Below the pieces are notes generated by a model that did not search any database, was not told where the DNA came from, and saw only the letters and a program-made list of their open reading frames with translations. This document shows, in pieces, positions 13,701 through 26,879 of a DNA stretch of 64,000 nucleotides. The stretch's first letter is position 1. Every line of letters starts with the position of its first letter. The translations under genes and the position numbers were made by a program. Origin of the DNA: Camelus ferus. Its lineage: Eukaryota. The DNA lies in the NCBI RefSeq assembly GCF_009834535.1, contig NC_045697.1, forward strand, positions 98,830,001-98,894,000. The letters run 5' to 3'.

Positions 13701-15079
13701 AACAGTTATAGTATCCAGAAAGCAGATGGTGATTGTCACATTCAGTTCTGCTGCTGGTAATACCTTATCTGTAATTTTAACTTCTGAGCCCAAAACTTGG
13801 AGAGATACAGACCAATGACTCCCTAATGCTGACACGCCACAAAAATATTGGTGTAAAATTCCCACAAACCTTGTCTGTTTTATTCTGAGACTATGTACTT
13901 GTTACTTTAAAACTTTGAAACGCCTTTTGTTTTGTGAAATACTGACAGACTTTAAAAAATGTTTTATTCAGAAAAATAAAAACCTAGCAGCCCCATTAAA
14001 ATTATCTAATTTAATTTTTTACAGTTTTACTAGTTTTGTAAAATACACAAGTATGGAAGCAATATTCCATTGACCTCAGAAGGTGGCACAGAATGTCAAA
14101 GGACTTTCGTATAAGAAACAGCTAAAAGAACAAAGATGTTTAGCTTGCATAAGAGAAAACTGAACTCTTACAGTGCTAGAATCAATAAACAGAAGTTAGA
14201 GGGAGATAGAGTTTGGCTCAGTATAACTAAAAACATTTCAATAGTGTGAGCTGGCAGCAGGCAAGAGCTGTGTGACCACTGCATCAGGTGACTTTTAAGA
14301 TCTCTTCCAACTAAGAGATTCCATAAAATAGCCTTGGTTTGTTAAGTCTTATCTCAGAGGATATTATTTTGTCTTTTTATTATAGAAGTGAGGGAAACTT
14401 ATTTTTTTAAACAGTATAGAACCAGATGGAGAAAAATCATCCTTAAGATTTATTTTCATGGTTATAATAGTTTGCCAGAAATTGTATATGAAAAGGATAA
14501 CATACTGTTTGCAAAAGGAAGCTCCAGCTAAAAGAATTAAAGGGAAGGTAGGTTAAAGGTAGTTTTTGAGAGATTTTTTTTTTTCAAAACACATTTAAAA
14601 AATTAAAGTATAATTTATGTACAGTAAAATCATAGGTTTTGAGTGTACTGTTCTATTAGTTGTTTGAGGGTCCTGTTCTTTTAGTTTTGACAAATGCACA
14701 TACCAGTGCAGCTTATGCCCCTTTCAAGATGTAGAACATTTACATCATCTCAGACTAGATCCCTAGTTCTTCTTGACTGTATATTTTAATTCACTTTAAG
14801 TTTCTCCTTTCAGATATCTCTATAATCAGTCAAGCTGTGCTGGGTCTAAATATTGTAAGATGTAAGTGGTATCACAGTGCTTTCTTTAAATATTTTTCTT
14901 GAGTGCTTACTCAGGTTCTTTATATATGTTTATATTTAATTCTCACCTTAACCCTGCAAGGTTGTTAATGTCCACATTTTGCAGGTGACACAGTTGTCTG
15001 TAATAAGTTTAATTAAGCCAGTGATACAAAGCTGTTTATTAGGTGCTTGCTAAGATTTGAACTCCAGGCTCTTGACCAT

Positions 15080-15262
15080 TGTTGTCCAATAGAATTTTTT
15101 GTGATGATGGAAATGTTCTATATCTGGATTTCCAGTGTGTCAGCCATTAGTCACATGTGGCTGTTGAACACTTGAGATGTGGGTAGTGTGACTGAGAAGC
15201 TTTACTGAAGAATTTTAAATTTTATTGAATATTAGCTAATTGAAATGTTAAATAGCCACAAC
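15080..15262. mobile_element. MER3-like fossil
   Basis: TGTCCAATAGAATTTTTTGTGATGATGGAAATGTTCTATATCTG...AAATAGCCACA. Confidence 0.8.
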
Positions 15263-15959
15263 GCTAGACACTTTGACTCTAAAGACTGTAGGTGCCCTTT
15301 CTGCATACTTTTCTACTTTACAGAAATAAAACTTCTAACGTAGTTCCAATTCACTGACACTACTAAGTGCTGGCCAGGCTCCTTGTAAGTTAATAAATGT
15401 TTCCTCAGTTGATTCTATCATATCTAAGACTCATGTTCTTTTTAACTTTTTAATCATGGAAAATTTCAAACATAAGAAAACAAGAGATTAATATAATGAA
15501 CCTGCTCCTAGGTTTGACAGTTAACCAACTTTCGGTTCATTCTTTTTCTATCTGTGATCCCAGCACCCTGGATTATTTTGTCAAATCCTAGGCATCATTT
15601 CAACATGGCTGATTTAAAGCTAAGTTTGGTTTGATTTGAGGCTGCATTCTTTTTAATCAGTTTTGAAGAATGAAATGTTTTTTGCATTAGCTGAAGGAAA
15701 ACAATGGAAAGGTATATTTAATATTAAAGATAAGTATGTAATCTTAATGCCAAATCTACATATTATATATTTTACTTAAATTTTTTGTTACTATCTTTTA
15801 TTTATGTAAATAGCCGAGTTTATTTGCCATGTCACAGTTCCCACTTCTAGGGAACTATTTTTTTTCTGTAACAAGGATTTGGAAAAGGATGATGAACTTT
15901 CTGCAGTAGATCTGGGCTTTTCTAGACTTTTCACAGCTTGTCCAATTTATATAATTTAT

Positions 15960-16099
15960 TTATTTAAAAATTTTTATTTTAATGGGGGGAAGGAGGTAAT
16001 TAGGTTTATTTATTTATTTTTAGAGAGGTACTAGGAATTGACCCCAGAACCTCGTGCATGGTAAGTATGCACTCTACCACTTGAACTATACCCTCCCCC
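15960..16099 (-). mobile_element. Vic-1-like SINE
   Basis: Reverse complement of the same tRNA-like head and AATAAACCTAATTACCTCC tail. Confidence 0.85.
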
Positions 16100-16349
16100 T
16101 GTTCTAGTTATATAAGTAGCCAGCTGTTTTAGAGATTTCTTAATCTCCGTGTTCTTATTAGTGAGATTAGAGATAATTTTTCTAGGAGAATCAGTGGAAT
16201 GATTTTCCATATTATGGCAAAAAGGCCTTAACATTGTGGTTTCAGATGCTATGATCTCTTGGTATCATAGTGCCTGAGCTCAGCCAACGTGCTGATGGAT
16301 GGTACTGGGCCACCTAGAGGGTTCCCTTCTTGGATTCTTCTGGCACAGT

Positions 16350-19300
16350 TGCCTAAGGCTCTGTTCATTTTTGAAAAATTTCTTCTCTCTGTTGTTCAGG
16401 TTGGATATATTTTATTGATCTATTTTCCAGTATGCTGGTTCTTTCCTGTTATCTTCATCCTGGTATTGAGCCCTTACAGTGAGTTCTAAACACTGCCCCC
16501 CCCCAAGGAAAAAAAAGTTACAAAGAGTTCACTAGTTGCTTCCTCCAGCATTTTTACAATAGTTAAAGTCTTAAATATCTTTCTCATCTCTACATTGATA
16601 TCTCTTGTCTTTTCCCATGCAAGTTAAGATTTTCCTGTTTCTTCACATTGCCGCATAATTTTGGATTTTATCCTAGATGTTTTTGAATTACAGTTTATCA
16701 GACTCTGAGTCTTGTTTCAAATCCTCTGGAGAAGGTTAATTTTGTTTTAGCAAATCAGGCTAGGTTCAGGCTGCAAGTCTCAACTCTTTCTGTGGTCTGT
16801 AGTTCTAATATCAGTTCAGTTTTTAAAATGTTTTTAGTATTGTTTGGATCTATCCTGCTTATGTGCCATCCAGCAGCTGGTCTAGGGCCTGGACGATGTA
16901 TCTTTGAGTTTAGTTCTTAGTCTTGCATGTTGCGAATAGGATCCGAACCACACATGTTGATGAACTTCAGAGTTCATAAACAACTTTGTGGGGTTACTTT
17001 CCCCAGTTCCACCTTCTCTGTGATCTTCCCTTTATTTTGTTTCACAGAAGCTCCTCTTCTCATCCCCTGTCTAGAAAGCGGGGGTTCTAATTATTTCACT
17101 GTGCTGTACTTTTGTGATTATGCCCATGTTTGGCTAGAGGCTTATCAATTTTATTGATCTTCTCAAAGAACCAGCTCTTGGTTTCGCTGATTGCTTCTAC
17201 TTTTCTTTTTTCTATTTCATTGATTCTGCTTTTTTTTTCTTCTTTTCTTTCTTCTGCTTACTTTGAGTTTAATTTGCTCTTGTTTTTCTGATTTCTTAAG
17301 GTGGAAGCAGAGGTGATAATTGGAGACCTTTTAGAATATAGGCATTATTCTGACTACTTTTACAGTTTCTCTCTTATCCTTACTTTTTAGCAATTGGATT
17401 GTGATGTCCCTCTTTTTTTGTTTGCTTTTTATTTTGTTGTTTTCTTCTTTTTTTTAGTTTATCCTGCCTGCAGTTTGTTGAGATTCTTGAATTTGTGGGT
17501 TTAGAGTTTTCATCAAATTTGCAGTTTTTAATATCTTCCCCACTTTTGTATTTCTGTCCTCTTCTCTGATACTCCTGGTACATGTATGTGTTAGGCCATT
17601 AGACCATTTGATATTGTTCCACAGATGGTTGAATTTCTGTGTTCATTTTCTCCCTTTCTCTGTCATTTTACTCTTTCATCTTCCATTTTGAATTGTTCCT
17701 GTTATACGTTTTCAAGTTCACTGCAGCCATGTTAAGTTCTCTGCAGTGGTTTTATGTTCACTGCACAGTTTCAAATTCACTGCAGTGTTTAATATTTTAA
17801 GCCCATGTTGTTAACTTTTCACTTTTGTTTGGTACTATATTTTTCTATTCTATAATTTCCATTTTTTAATAGTTTCCATTTCTCTATTAAGATTTTGTTT
17901 GTTTTCTGATTGTGTCCATGTTTTCCTTTCAGTCCTTTAATATTACATAGTAATAATTTTTTTTATATATATGTTCATGTACAACTGAAAAACCGTGCTC
18001 TACACTGGAATCTGACACAACACTGTAAAATGACTACAATTCAACAAAAGAAGTTTAAAAAAAAAGAATTAAACAAACAAACAAGCAAAACATCACCTCT
18101 ATATCCCAAACCCAGAGTACCCCAAGGACCTAGGAAATATTTGGTAGGTTTCTACCACACACAAATCTGCTTGTTCCTTTTTCCAGATATTAAAAAAAAG
18201 TTCAAAGTACATACATACGTACAAATACAGCAAGCTGACAGAGTTACTGCTGGCCCTGCCCCCACTCAGCATGGTGGGGACCACTCAGGAGACAAGGAGC
18301 TGACCTCACTGCATCGGGGCAGGGTTCAGACTGATGGGGCAGGGAATCATTGTTCTGAAGCCAAACTGGAGGTGATGGCAAGCCCAGCCTCAACCCTTGC
18401 CCAAGACCATCTGTCTACAGGACAGGCCTGATAGACAGGTGAGGGGACAGGGCGTGCCTTATTTGGAGTCACAGGCCTCTTGTTCAGTGGTGGTGTCCAC
18501 TGCAGATGCCAGGCTGTCCTGGCCTTCCAGCCTCTCACGGATCAGCTCCGCAATGGCCCCCTTGAGTCTGCTTTTCTAGCTCCTCCAGCTTCTTGGCTAC
18601 GTCTCTCTTAAGGTCCCAGTCAGGCTTCTGTGGTGCAAGGTTGGCCAGGTCCACTTCCTCAGTGTTGGGCTCTGGCTTGGCGACCTCCAGCTGCTCCTTC
18701 ACCTTCTCTTCCACCGCGACTGGTTGGGCCTGGGGCACCCTCCTCCTCTTCAGGTTCTCATCCTCTGGGACATAGTTCTGCAGCCTGAGTTCCCTGTGCT
18801 TCTTGCCTTCCCCCTCCCCTTCTCTGAGCTGCTTGGTCTTTGGCTCCCCATCTTCCTTGTCCTTGCGCCCAGTTTTCTCCCTTAGGGCCTTCAGCCCTAC
18901 CTTCCGTCGCAACGCCTCTTCCTCTAACCGGCCCACACTGGCCATAGTAGCCGCCATCCTGCCCGCAGACCCCCTCTTCTCTTGTGCCACATAGTAATAA
19001 TATTTCAAGTCTGTCTGCTACTTCTATCATTACTCTGAATCTGTTTTTGTTGATTGATTTTTTTCTATAGGTCATGGGTCACAATTTCCTGTTTCTTCCA
19101 TTTCTAATACTTTTTGTTTTTTTCATACTGTTGGATATCATGGACACTAGGATATTGAGTGTCTGGATCTTGTCTTTTGTAAGAGTTTTGTTTCTGCGGA
19201 TGGTTAATTTGCTTGTGCATCAACTTGTTCATTTTTAAGCTTTAATAAAAGTGGGTCTAGATTATCGTTACACCTAAGGTATGGCCTTTCTGGGTCTCTG

Positions 19301-19860
19301 ATGAATCCTGGAGTGTTTAATGAAGTCTCTTAAGTGGATCTTTGGAACTGAGATACCTCTCAGCCATGTATGAACATCAGTAATTGTTCAGCTCATGCTA
19401 CTTGGGTAGTTGTTCTTTGCCAACTTGAGTAGAATTCTATAGTGTACCTGATCAATTTACTACAGTGTACCTGATCAGTTTACTATTTGACCATAGATTC
19501 CTATGCAAATTTCTGGAACTTCATCTCTGTACAATTCTTTCTGATACCCTGCTCCATAAATTTCAGCTATTCAAGCAATTTCTAACTTAGCTACGTACTT
19601 AGGTCAGTAAGATTGCCGTGTTCTGTTTGTGTTCCTCCTCCCTATTCTATAGTCTGAAAAAAGCCTCTAGGTTTAAAAAAAAAAGGGGGGGGATGGGGGA
19701 GATTTTCTTGGGATTTACTTTGTTTCCCTTTTGAGGGCACAGTCCTGTGTTGGCTCTTATCCAGTGGCTGAAAATAGTTGTTTCATATTTACTTAACCAG
19801 TTTTTTGCTTTGCAGGAGCATAAGCTGATATCAGTTATTCCTATACATTTGGAAGCAGGA
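16350..19860 (-). mobile_element. Ancient L1 (L1M-type 5'/ORF1 region) fragments hosting the CCDC12 retrocopy
   Basis: T-rich degenerate antisense L1 sequence that resumes on both sides of the retrocopy TSD; boundaries approximate. Confidence 0.6.
17958..18988 (-). pseudogene. CCDC12: Processed pseudogene (retrocopy) of CCDC12 (Cwf18-like splicing factor), antisense in NAA15 intron 1
   Basis: Intronless coding remnant from 18957 (ATG) to 18459 (TAA): VGRLEEEALRRK...RELRLQNYVPEDE...DLANLAPQKPDWDLKRDVAKKLE. One extra G at about 18557-18561 shifts the C-terminus (AIAELIRERLEGQDSLASAVD...CDSK*). Both UTRs present, T-run at about 17957-17964, TSD ACATAGTAATAAT at 17945-17957 and 18989-19001. Confidence 0.93.
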
Positions 19861-22369
19861 ATCTCGAAGTCTATGTGCTAGCATTTAGCTCATGGGATTT
19901 TTTTTTTTTAAATTGTAACAGTTCATTCTGTTTTAATTATATCCTGTTTTGCTGTACTGTTTCTATAGCACAGTGTTAATATTTTAAAATTTAGCTGCTA
20001 ATAAAAGCTAACAGTCTATATAATGTTCTAATATTTTTGAAGCTATTACTATTTTTAGTTCTACTGGCAAGATAAATTTTATTGTGATTTTATTTTATTT
20101 TATTTTTTTAATTTTTTGGTTTTTTGGAGGGGTAGGCAAAGTTTATTCTAGGAAGAGCAACTCATTGATAGCTAAAACCATTTTAAAATTTACATTTATT
20201 TACTGTTGTCTCTAAGAACAGTTTAGAGCTTTAGCTTTTTAAACTTACATAGTTATCTAAGGAATAAAGCCAACCACAAAATAAGAATCAACAGAATGGA
20301 GAGGGAAGGCAGGGCATCCCTGGTGGGCACAATGAAATTATGTTTAATTTTGAATTAACATATGCCCATGTTATAGACAGGGTGACAAATAGAATACTGT
20401 GGTATTCATTCCATACCAAGGAAAACCCTTATTCACAATTCTGAAATTTCAGGAACTCCTCAAATATAAAAATTTCGGAGATGGGATTGTAGACATGTAT
20501 TTTTATTTAATTTGACGATTCTGTTTTGGAGAACCTAATATGTTTGCCCACCATGTTGCTTTACAAAGCCTATTTTAAATGAATTGTTGTGAAACCTTTG
20601 CTCAAGGTGTACTGTGTGTATTATTTTGGGTCTTTCCCTAAGTACAAGTAAATTCTCTAAAAAGTTACTTTAAGTCTTACGGGTTTGGCTAAAGCAGCAT
20701 TAAGAATCTTATCATGGTAACTTTCTTCCCATATAGTTCTGTAGAATGAACTTTAGTGATAGAGTTACATGGGGTTTTTAAAAACCAGCAAATAAACTTA
20801 TTTTTTAAATTTGGTACATTTACACCTTTTGAATGGTTCAGAAAAGGAGTCCTTATGACTATATCTTCTATTACATTTTAAGACTGATTTTATAAGATTC
20901 CATTTTGATTAGACAAAAACCTCTGTTAAAATTGAATTATACACAGATCTGGCTTTATATGTTTTGGGGAAAGAAATTGTTGAATGAAATATACACTATT
21001 TCCTATTTTTCTTGTTAACTCTGTATATTGCTAACGTTTATCCTTGGGCAAGAGTGGAAGTTTTAAAGAAATTTTATGGGATAAGCTAAGTTGAATATTT
21101 GTTATTACTCTTTCCATTAAACTGTGAGAATACTACTTTCACTAGTAATGAGTGACCTGTTGTAGGAGTAGTGCTTTTATGAAATAGAGATTGAAGTCTG
21201 TTTCTTTAAATACACACTCATTCTTGATGGGGGAGAAATGAATTCTTAGTTATTTGGAGGGGTATGCCATTCTGAATTATTTTTACACATTGTCACTTTG
21301 ACAGAAGATAATTGGATTAATAGCATTGAGTACAATTTCAGGGTGGAAGACTTCCAGATTTCATTAATTGGGAGCATAATCTTTAGGAACTTTACTGTTC
21401 TGAAGTCTGATAAAATAAAAAGCTGCTATACTATTATTGTCTCATTCAAAGAAAGTGGACTTTGATTTTTAATTTTCTTTTGGTAAATTCAGTTGTTTGG
21501 GGGAATTATCCAGTTGATTAGTTATTCTGTGTGTGTGTTCATTTTTCTCACCTTATTTTTTGGGCATTTTTATTACCTATTTGATTGTAATACTGACTAA
21601 GCAAAGAAACAAAAGGTGAGGTTAAAGTTAAATTTGTTGATTAGAAGATCTGTTAAAAGATGAAAACTCTTGGCTTTAATAACATCTATGTTAATAAAAT
21701 TTAATAAAATTTTTGTATGTGGGAGAAAGGGCTCTTCTCATCTGGGACTCAGAAGACCTAGACTGTAGGCCCTCCAATACAAACTAGGTATTTTGCCACT
21801 AACAAGGTATGTAATCTCTGGCAAATTGCTTGTTTTCTAAATCACCTGCTCAATAAGGATTGAACCTTTTGTGCTTAGTTTACAGGAGTATCATGAAGAT
21901 TAAATGAGATGTTAGTGTGAAATCCCTTTGAAAAATGTGGTTCTGTAAACAATATAAGATATTTCCAATAAGACTAAGAAAAAAAATACTGGAATCCTGA
22001 GTAGTTCAGCTATATAAAATAAAGTCATATTTTCATGTCAAGTAAGAATATAAAATGTCTATGATTTTTATATGCTAGTTATGAATTTTTTTAGGTATGA
22101 ATTATATTGATATAAGTTCACATTTATACTGTGGGATAGCAGACTATTACGTAATTTTTGCATTAAAACTTTCTTGTTAAAAAAAAGTCAGAATGTTAAT
22201 AGCAGTTGCTTCTGTGATGGGAATATGGCTTAATTTTCCCCTCTCTTTTCTCTCTCTGCTTTCTACAATGGCTTTATTTTACTTTCATTAGTGGTTTTAT
22301 TATTTTTTTTAAGAACAATCTTTTCCTTTTTTACTGTGCTAGGTTACTCTGTTGTTATAGAGAGAGAGT

Positions 22370-22612
22370 TTTAATGGTTATGTGTAATGACTCTGAATCC
22401 AGATTGTCTGGGTTCAGATCTCTTTTTCCATCACTTAGCTGTGTGACCTTGGCCAAATTATGTAAACCTCCCTGGACCTCAGCTATCTTATCTAAAATGA
22501 GAATAAAAAGAGTACCTACTTCATGCCATTGTTAAGATTAAATGAGATTTCCCTATAAGACTCTTAGCACAGTGCCTGACACATAGTAAATGCTTAGTAT
22601 TTGCTATTATTA
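22370..22612 (+). mobile_element. MIR SINE (weaker copies near 11120, 14900, 21750, 31770, 37370, 38580, 58690)
   Basis: MIR core TTAGCTGTGTGACCTTGGCCAA...CCTCAG...AAAATGAGAATA and 3' end CTTAGCACAGTGCCTGACACATAGTAAATGCT. Confidence 0.85.
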
Positions 22613-24190
22613 CTGTTTTACACATCTTTTTCTCATGGTTTATCTCCATGATTTAAGATTTCTTTTTGATAACTCAGCAAGTACTTAAGATTACGTAACT
22701 GGTTTTATTGTCTGAAGTCAGTGTTTGAAAACAGAGCTGTTTGATTCTGAATGCAGCTCTTTTTACTACTTACCTAATTCCTTGAAGTAAAATTTTCCAT
22801 TTATAATGTTTCCAGTATGTAAAAATTACCTCAGAATGTAATGCTACGAATATGATAGAGAGATGAAATTTATGATTTGTATACTTTGACAGAGAAGACT
22901 GTTAGCTAGACTCTTTTTGTATCTTATTTGCTGTATTGGCTTTGGTAAATTTAAGCCTTAAGTGTAAAAGCGCTCTTTAATGCAGAGTAAATTAAAAGAG
23001 ATTATTAGGCTTTTGCTGACTTGCTACTATTAGTTCTGGCATGTCATTAATTTTAGGTTTCCTTTTTAACACTTTCATTTTTTTGTAATCTCAACTATTA
23101 ATAAATGTTGTTCGCATTTTCCCTGTCTTTTGGTGAATATATGTTGGGTATATACCTAAAATTGGAATTGCTGGGTCAATGTATGTGTATGTTTAGTTTT
23201 ATTAGTTACTGCCAAACTATTTTTTAAAAATCTGGTTTATTGAGGTATTATTTTCATACCATAAAATTTTGTCTGCTGAACACTTGGACCAATTGATTAT
23301 TTTTTTCTCCTGCCAGCAATGTTTGAGAGTTCCAATTGTTCTTTATCAGTTGATATTATCTAACTTATTTTGATTAAGTATAATTTAAAGGTATGACATT
23401 GTGGTTATGATGTAATTAAGCACCCTTTATAGGTTTATTGGCCATTTAGATAACCTCTTTGGGTGTGTTTTTTCAAGGCTCTCTGCTCAATTTTTTAATA
23501 AGCTGTCTTTTATTGTTACTGACTTACACAAGTTATTTATGTATTCTGGATATAAGATCTTTGTCAAGTATGTTTATTGCGGATGTCTTCTCTAGCTTGC
23601 CTTATTTTTTTTAACACTATCTTGAACATTTAAAATTTCCTGTTTAAGGGATCTTGTCCACTCAACGTAATGAAGATACTTAAAAATATTTTTTTCTGGA
23701 AGCTTTATTGTTTTACCTTTCACATTTAGAGTTGTCATGCCTTCAGAATTTTCAGTTGTAAAGAAGGGTCATTGTGGTTCTGGTAATCTATTTTTTTCAG
23801 TCTTTGTCTTTTTTCTCTTTATGCTTCGGTTTAGATAGTTTCTATTGCTATGTCTTCCGTTTCACTGATCTTGTCTTCTGCAGTGTCATGATTGCTTTAA
23901 TCTTATCTGATGAAGTTTTCATTGTAGAAAAATTTTTTAATCTCTTAAAGTGTTATTTGGCTTTTTCCCATGTTTCAGTTCTCTCTTCATATGTTTATAT
24001 TTTCTTTAAATTCTTAATCATATTTATAATAGTTGTCTTGATATCCTTATCTCATAATTCCACCATCTCTGTTTTATTTTTCCTGGTTATGGGTCATGTT
24101 TTCCTGCTTCTTTGCTTATCTAGTAATTTTTTATTGAATATTGAGGATTATGAAATTTATATTGTTTTACTGGATTTAACTATCTTTTAA

Positions 24191-24273
24191 CACATTGATT
24201 TCCACCATGTCACCCAACTGAGTGACAGTTGGTTTCCTCAGAGGCACCTGATCCACAGTGGGCAATCAATGTG
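24191..24273. mobile_element. Candidate piggyBac-type MITE (83 bp)
   Basis: TTAA on both sides; terminal inverted repeats CACATTGATT...AATCAATGTG. Confidence 0.7.
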
Positions 24274-26879
24274 TTAAGAGTGTTGAATCTTTATTACAAC
24301 AAGCAGTGAAGGTACTTGTCTGCCTATCAGTCTAGGGCTTTGTTAGGGAACATCTAGAGTACACTTATTCTAGGACTAGTTTTTGTCTACTATTGAATAG
24401 ATCTTCCTACAGAATTTTCTGAATTATGCAGCTGTTCATTGAAGACTCTGTTCTGGCTGCTTGGAACTCTCAGTACCATGTGAGCGTGGAGAATTGTTGA
24501 ACCTACTGCTTCATTCTTTGGTCTCATGAAGTTTCACCCTGTATATGCAAGACTTAATTCTTAACAATTTTCAGCAACAGATGCATGGGGATCCCATGGA
24601 GATTTTTGGATCTCTTTCTCTGAATAGTTCCATCATTTTCAGTAATCTGCCTTGCGGAGTACCTCAGCCTTTTTGAACTTCAGTCTTTGTCTTTTCAACT
24701 CTGTGGACTGTTGTGCTCAGAGTTAGATCCTTCTCCCTGTGCTGTGATCTATAAAGCAGTGACATTTCTAAACTTAATCATGTCTCCCCCACCCCCATGT
24801 TTCACAGTTCTATGCTGCCTCTTGTCCAATGTCTGACAATAGTTGTTTCATACATTTTGTCCAGCTTTTCTTGTTTATGGTGGAAGGACAAGTTCAGCCT
24901 CAGTTACTCCATTATGGCCCAAAGCGGAAGTTCCCTTGCTGTATTTTTAGAGAAATAAATTTTTTGAAAGCTAATTGAGGGTTTTAAGAACAGTGCACTC
25001 AAACTGTTCTCTGTATGTATGTAGTTCCTGGAAAACAGTGACAGGTCAAGAGGGTTCCTTTTAAGTAGCCTAGTCTTTACATCATTGCTTCCTTTAGTGC
25101 TTATTGTTATTTAAATTATTGTAAGAAAACCATTATTTTTAGGCTTTCTGCTGAGTAAATAGGAACACTTAACTTAGTCGCTTAGCCTTATGTTTCCTTG
25201 GCTGAATATGATTAATGATAGCTCCCAAGATACCGCTTCCCTCTTTATCCCCAGATCAATTTGCCTGTTGATTTTTGTGGGGCAGAGAGTTAGGAAGCTA
25301 TTGCAGAGAAACGAATTGATGGATCTACCAGAGAATGGAAGTGTGAGGGAAGAAAAGCATGGAGGATAATTAGATTTTTTGCTTCATCATCTGAGTGAGA
25401 GCGAGTTAAGGAAGGGCATCTGCTGAGACGGTGAACACATGGTGAAGAATAGATTCTGAAGAATAAATCATTTGTATTTTGGATAGTATATTAGGTTTGA
25501 GATGTGAACATCAAAGCAGAGATGGTAAGTACATAATAGATTATAGAACAGCTTTGTAGTTGACTGTACCATTGGGCTTAAGCAATTGATTTCTTGATGC
25601 TGAATGTAAAATTTTAGACTTCCTGTTTTGTTTCTACGCATTTTTCTACTATGATTTTTGTTATTGTTTACATTAACTATCCCTCCCAGATTTTGAATGT
25701 ATTGTTTCAAAAGTTGAGTAAAATTTGTTTAAACACATGATAGTGAATTCTGGCATAGATCATCATAGCTTTAAGATGCGGGGTTTTTTTTAATGTAATG
25801 AATTCAATACTTTATAAATAATAATTGTTACAAAAGCACATGTTGGTACTTAAAAAGTCAAATAGTACTAAAAGGTTTATAATGGGAAAAAGTTTGTCAA
25901 CTTTCCCCTTCCCTACCTTCCTACTCCAGAGTCAAGCATCTTCAGTCCTTCTAGCCATTTTCTCTGGTATTTGCTTTCCTATTGCTTAGTAATACTATTT
26001 CTTGATAAATGACTTTTAGACTTTTGTTGACTTTCAGTTATGGAAACTGAAGGCTTAGAACTTCATTGTTCACACATTTACGCATTTGTCTTTTCCTCAT
26101 TCTCTCATTATAGTTATATCACAATATTTTGATAAACCAGTACTAAATATTTACATTTTTATAATTATATATGTATTACTTATTGTTGAGCTAAATATTA
26201 TACTGAACCATACATTCATATAAGCCTTCTCCTGTCTTTACTTATTCACTTGCCTGGTTTTCTATAGACTTATTGCTCATTTTCCCCAGATGTGCTTTTA
26301 TTTCTGTCATGGGCTTATAAATAATATTTTCCATATTAAGTACAACGGTTCCATTTTTGCCCTTGCAAAAGACCTATTCCAGGGCCTTCAGCGTCCTCTT
26401 TCATTTTGAAGTGGTTATTCTCCAGTCCTTTTTTCTGCATTAGATTACTTATTTACTAAGTCCCATGTTGTCTTTTTTTGTTTGTTTTGAGTCCTTTTAG
26501 TAGCTTCCTAAGGAAGAGTGTGGAGAGATAAAATTTTAGCTTTCTGAGAAGCTTTAAAATGTCATTTTACTCATATACTTCATTGAAAATTTTGCTAAGT
26601 AAGGAATTCTGAATTTTGAAGGCTGTATATAGTTATTGCTTTCAGCAATATTCCATTGTTAACTTTGGAATTAAGTTTAGTACTGTTCTGATTACAGATC
26701 CTTTTTATGTGACTTTGTTTTTCCTCTGGAAGTTTTTAAGGACCTCAGTTTCCAGGCTTTGAACTTTCCTTATGATGTGCCTTACTGTGGTTCTTTTTTC
26801 TTCCCCTTCATTAAATTTGCATGCAGTTGTTTGTCCCTTGTGGCTTGAGAGAGAAAATGTAATTTTTAAATATAACTTC

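Noticed and set aside
17910..18431. 173-aa + strand ORF
   Set aside because: Runs across old L1, an L1 tail and antisense CCDC12 3' UTR; chance ORF
19441..19486. 23-bp tandem repeat (similar short doublets near 12270 and 13050)
   Set aside because: Two-copy slippage inside decayed L1; no spacers, not CRISPR-like
23774..24190. 138-aa hydrophobic ORF and other F/L-rich ORFs
   Set aside because: Artefact of T-rich antisense L1 sequence
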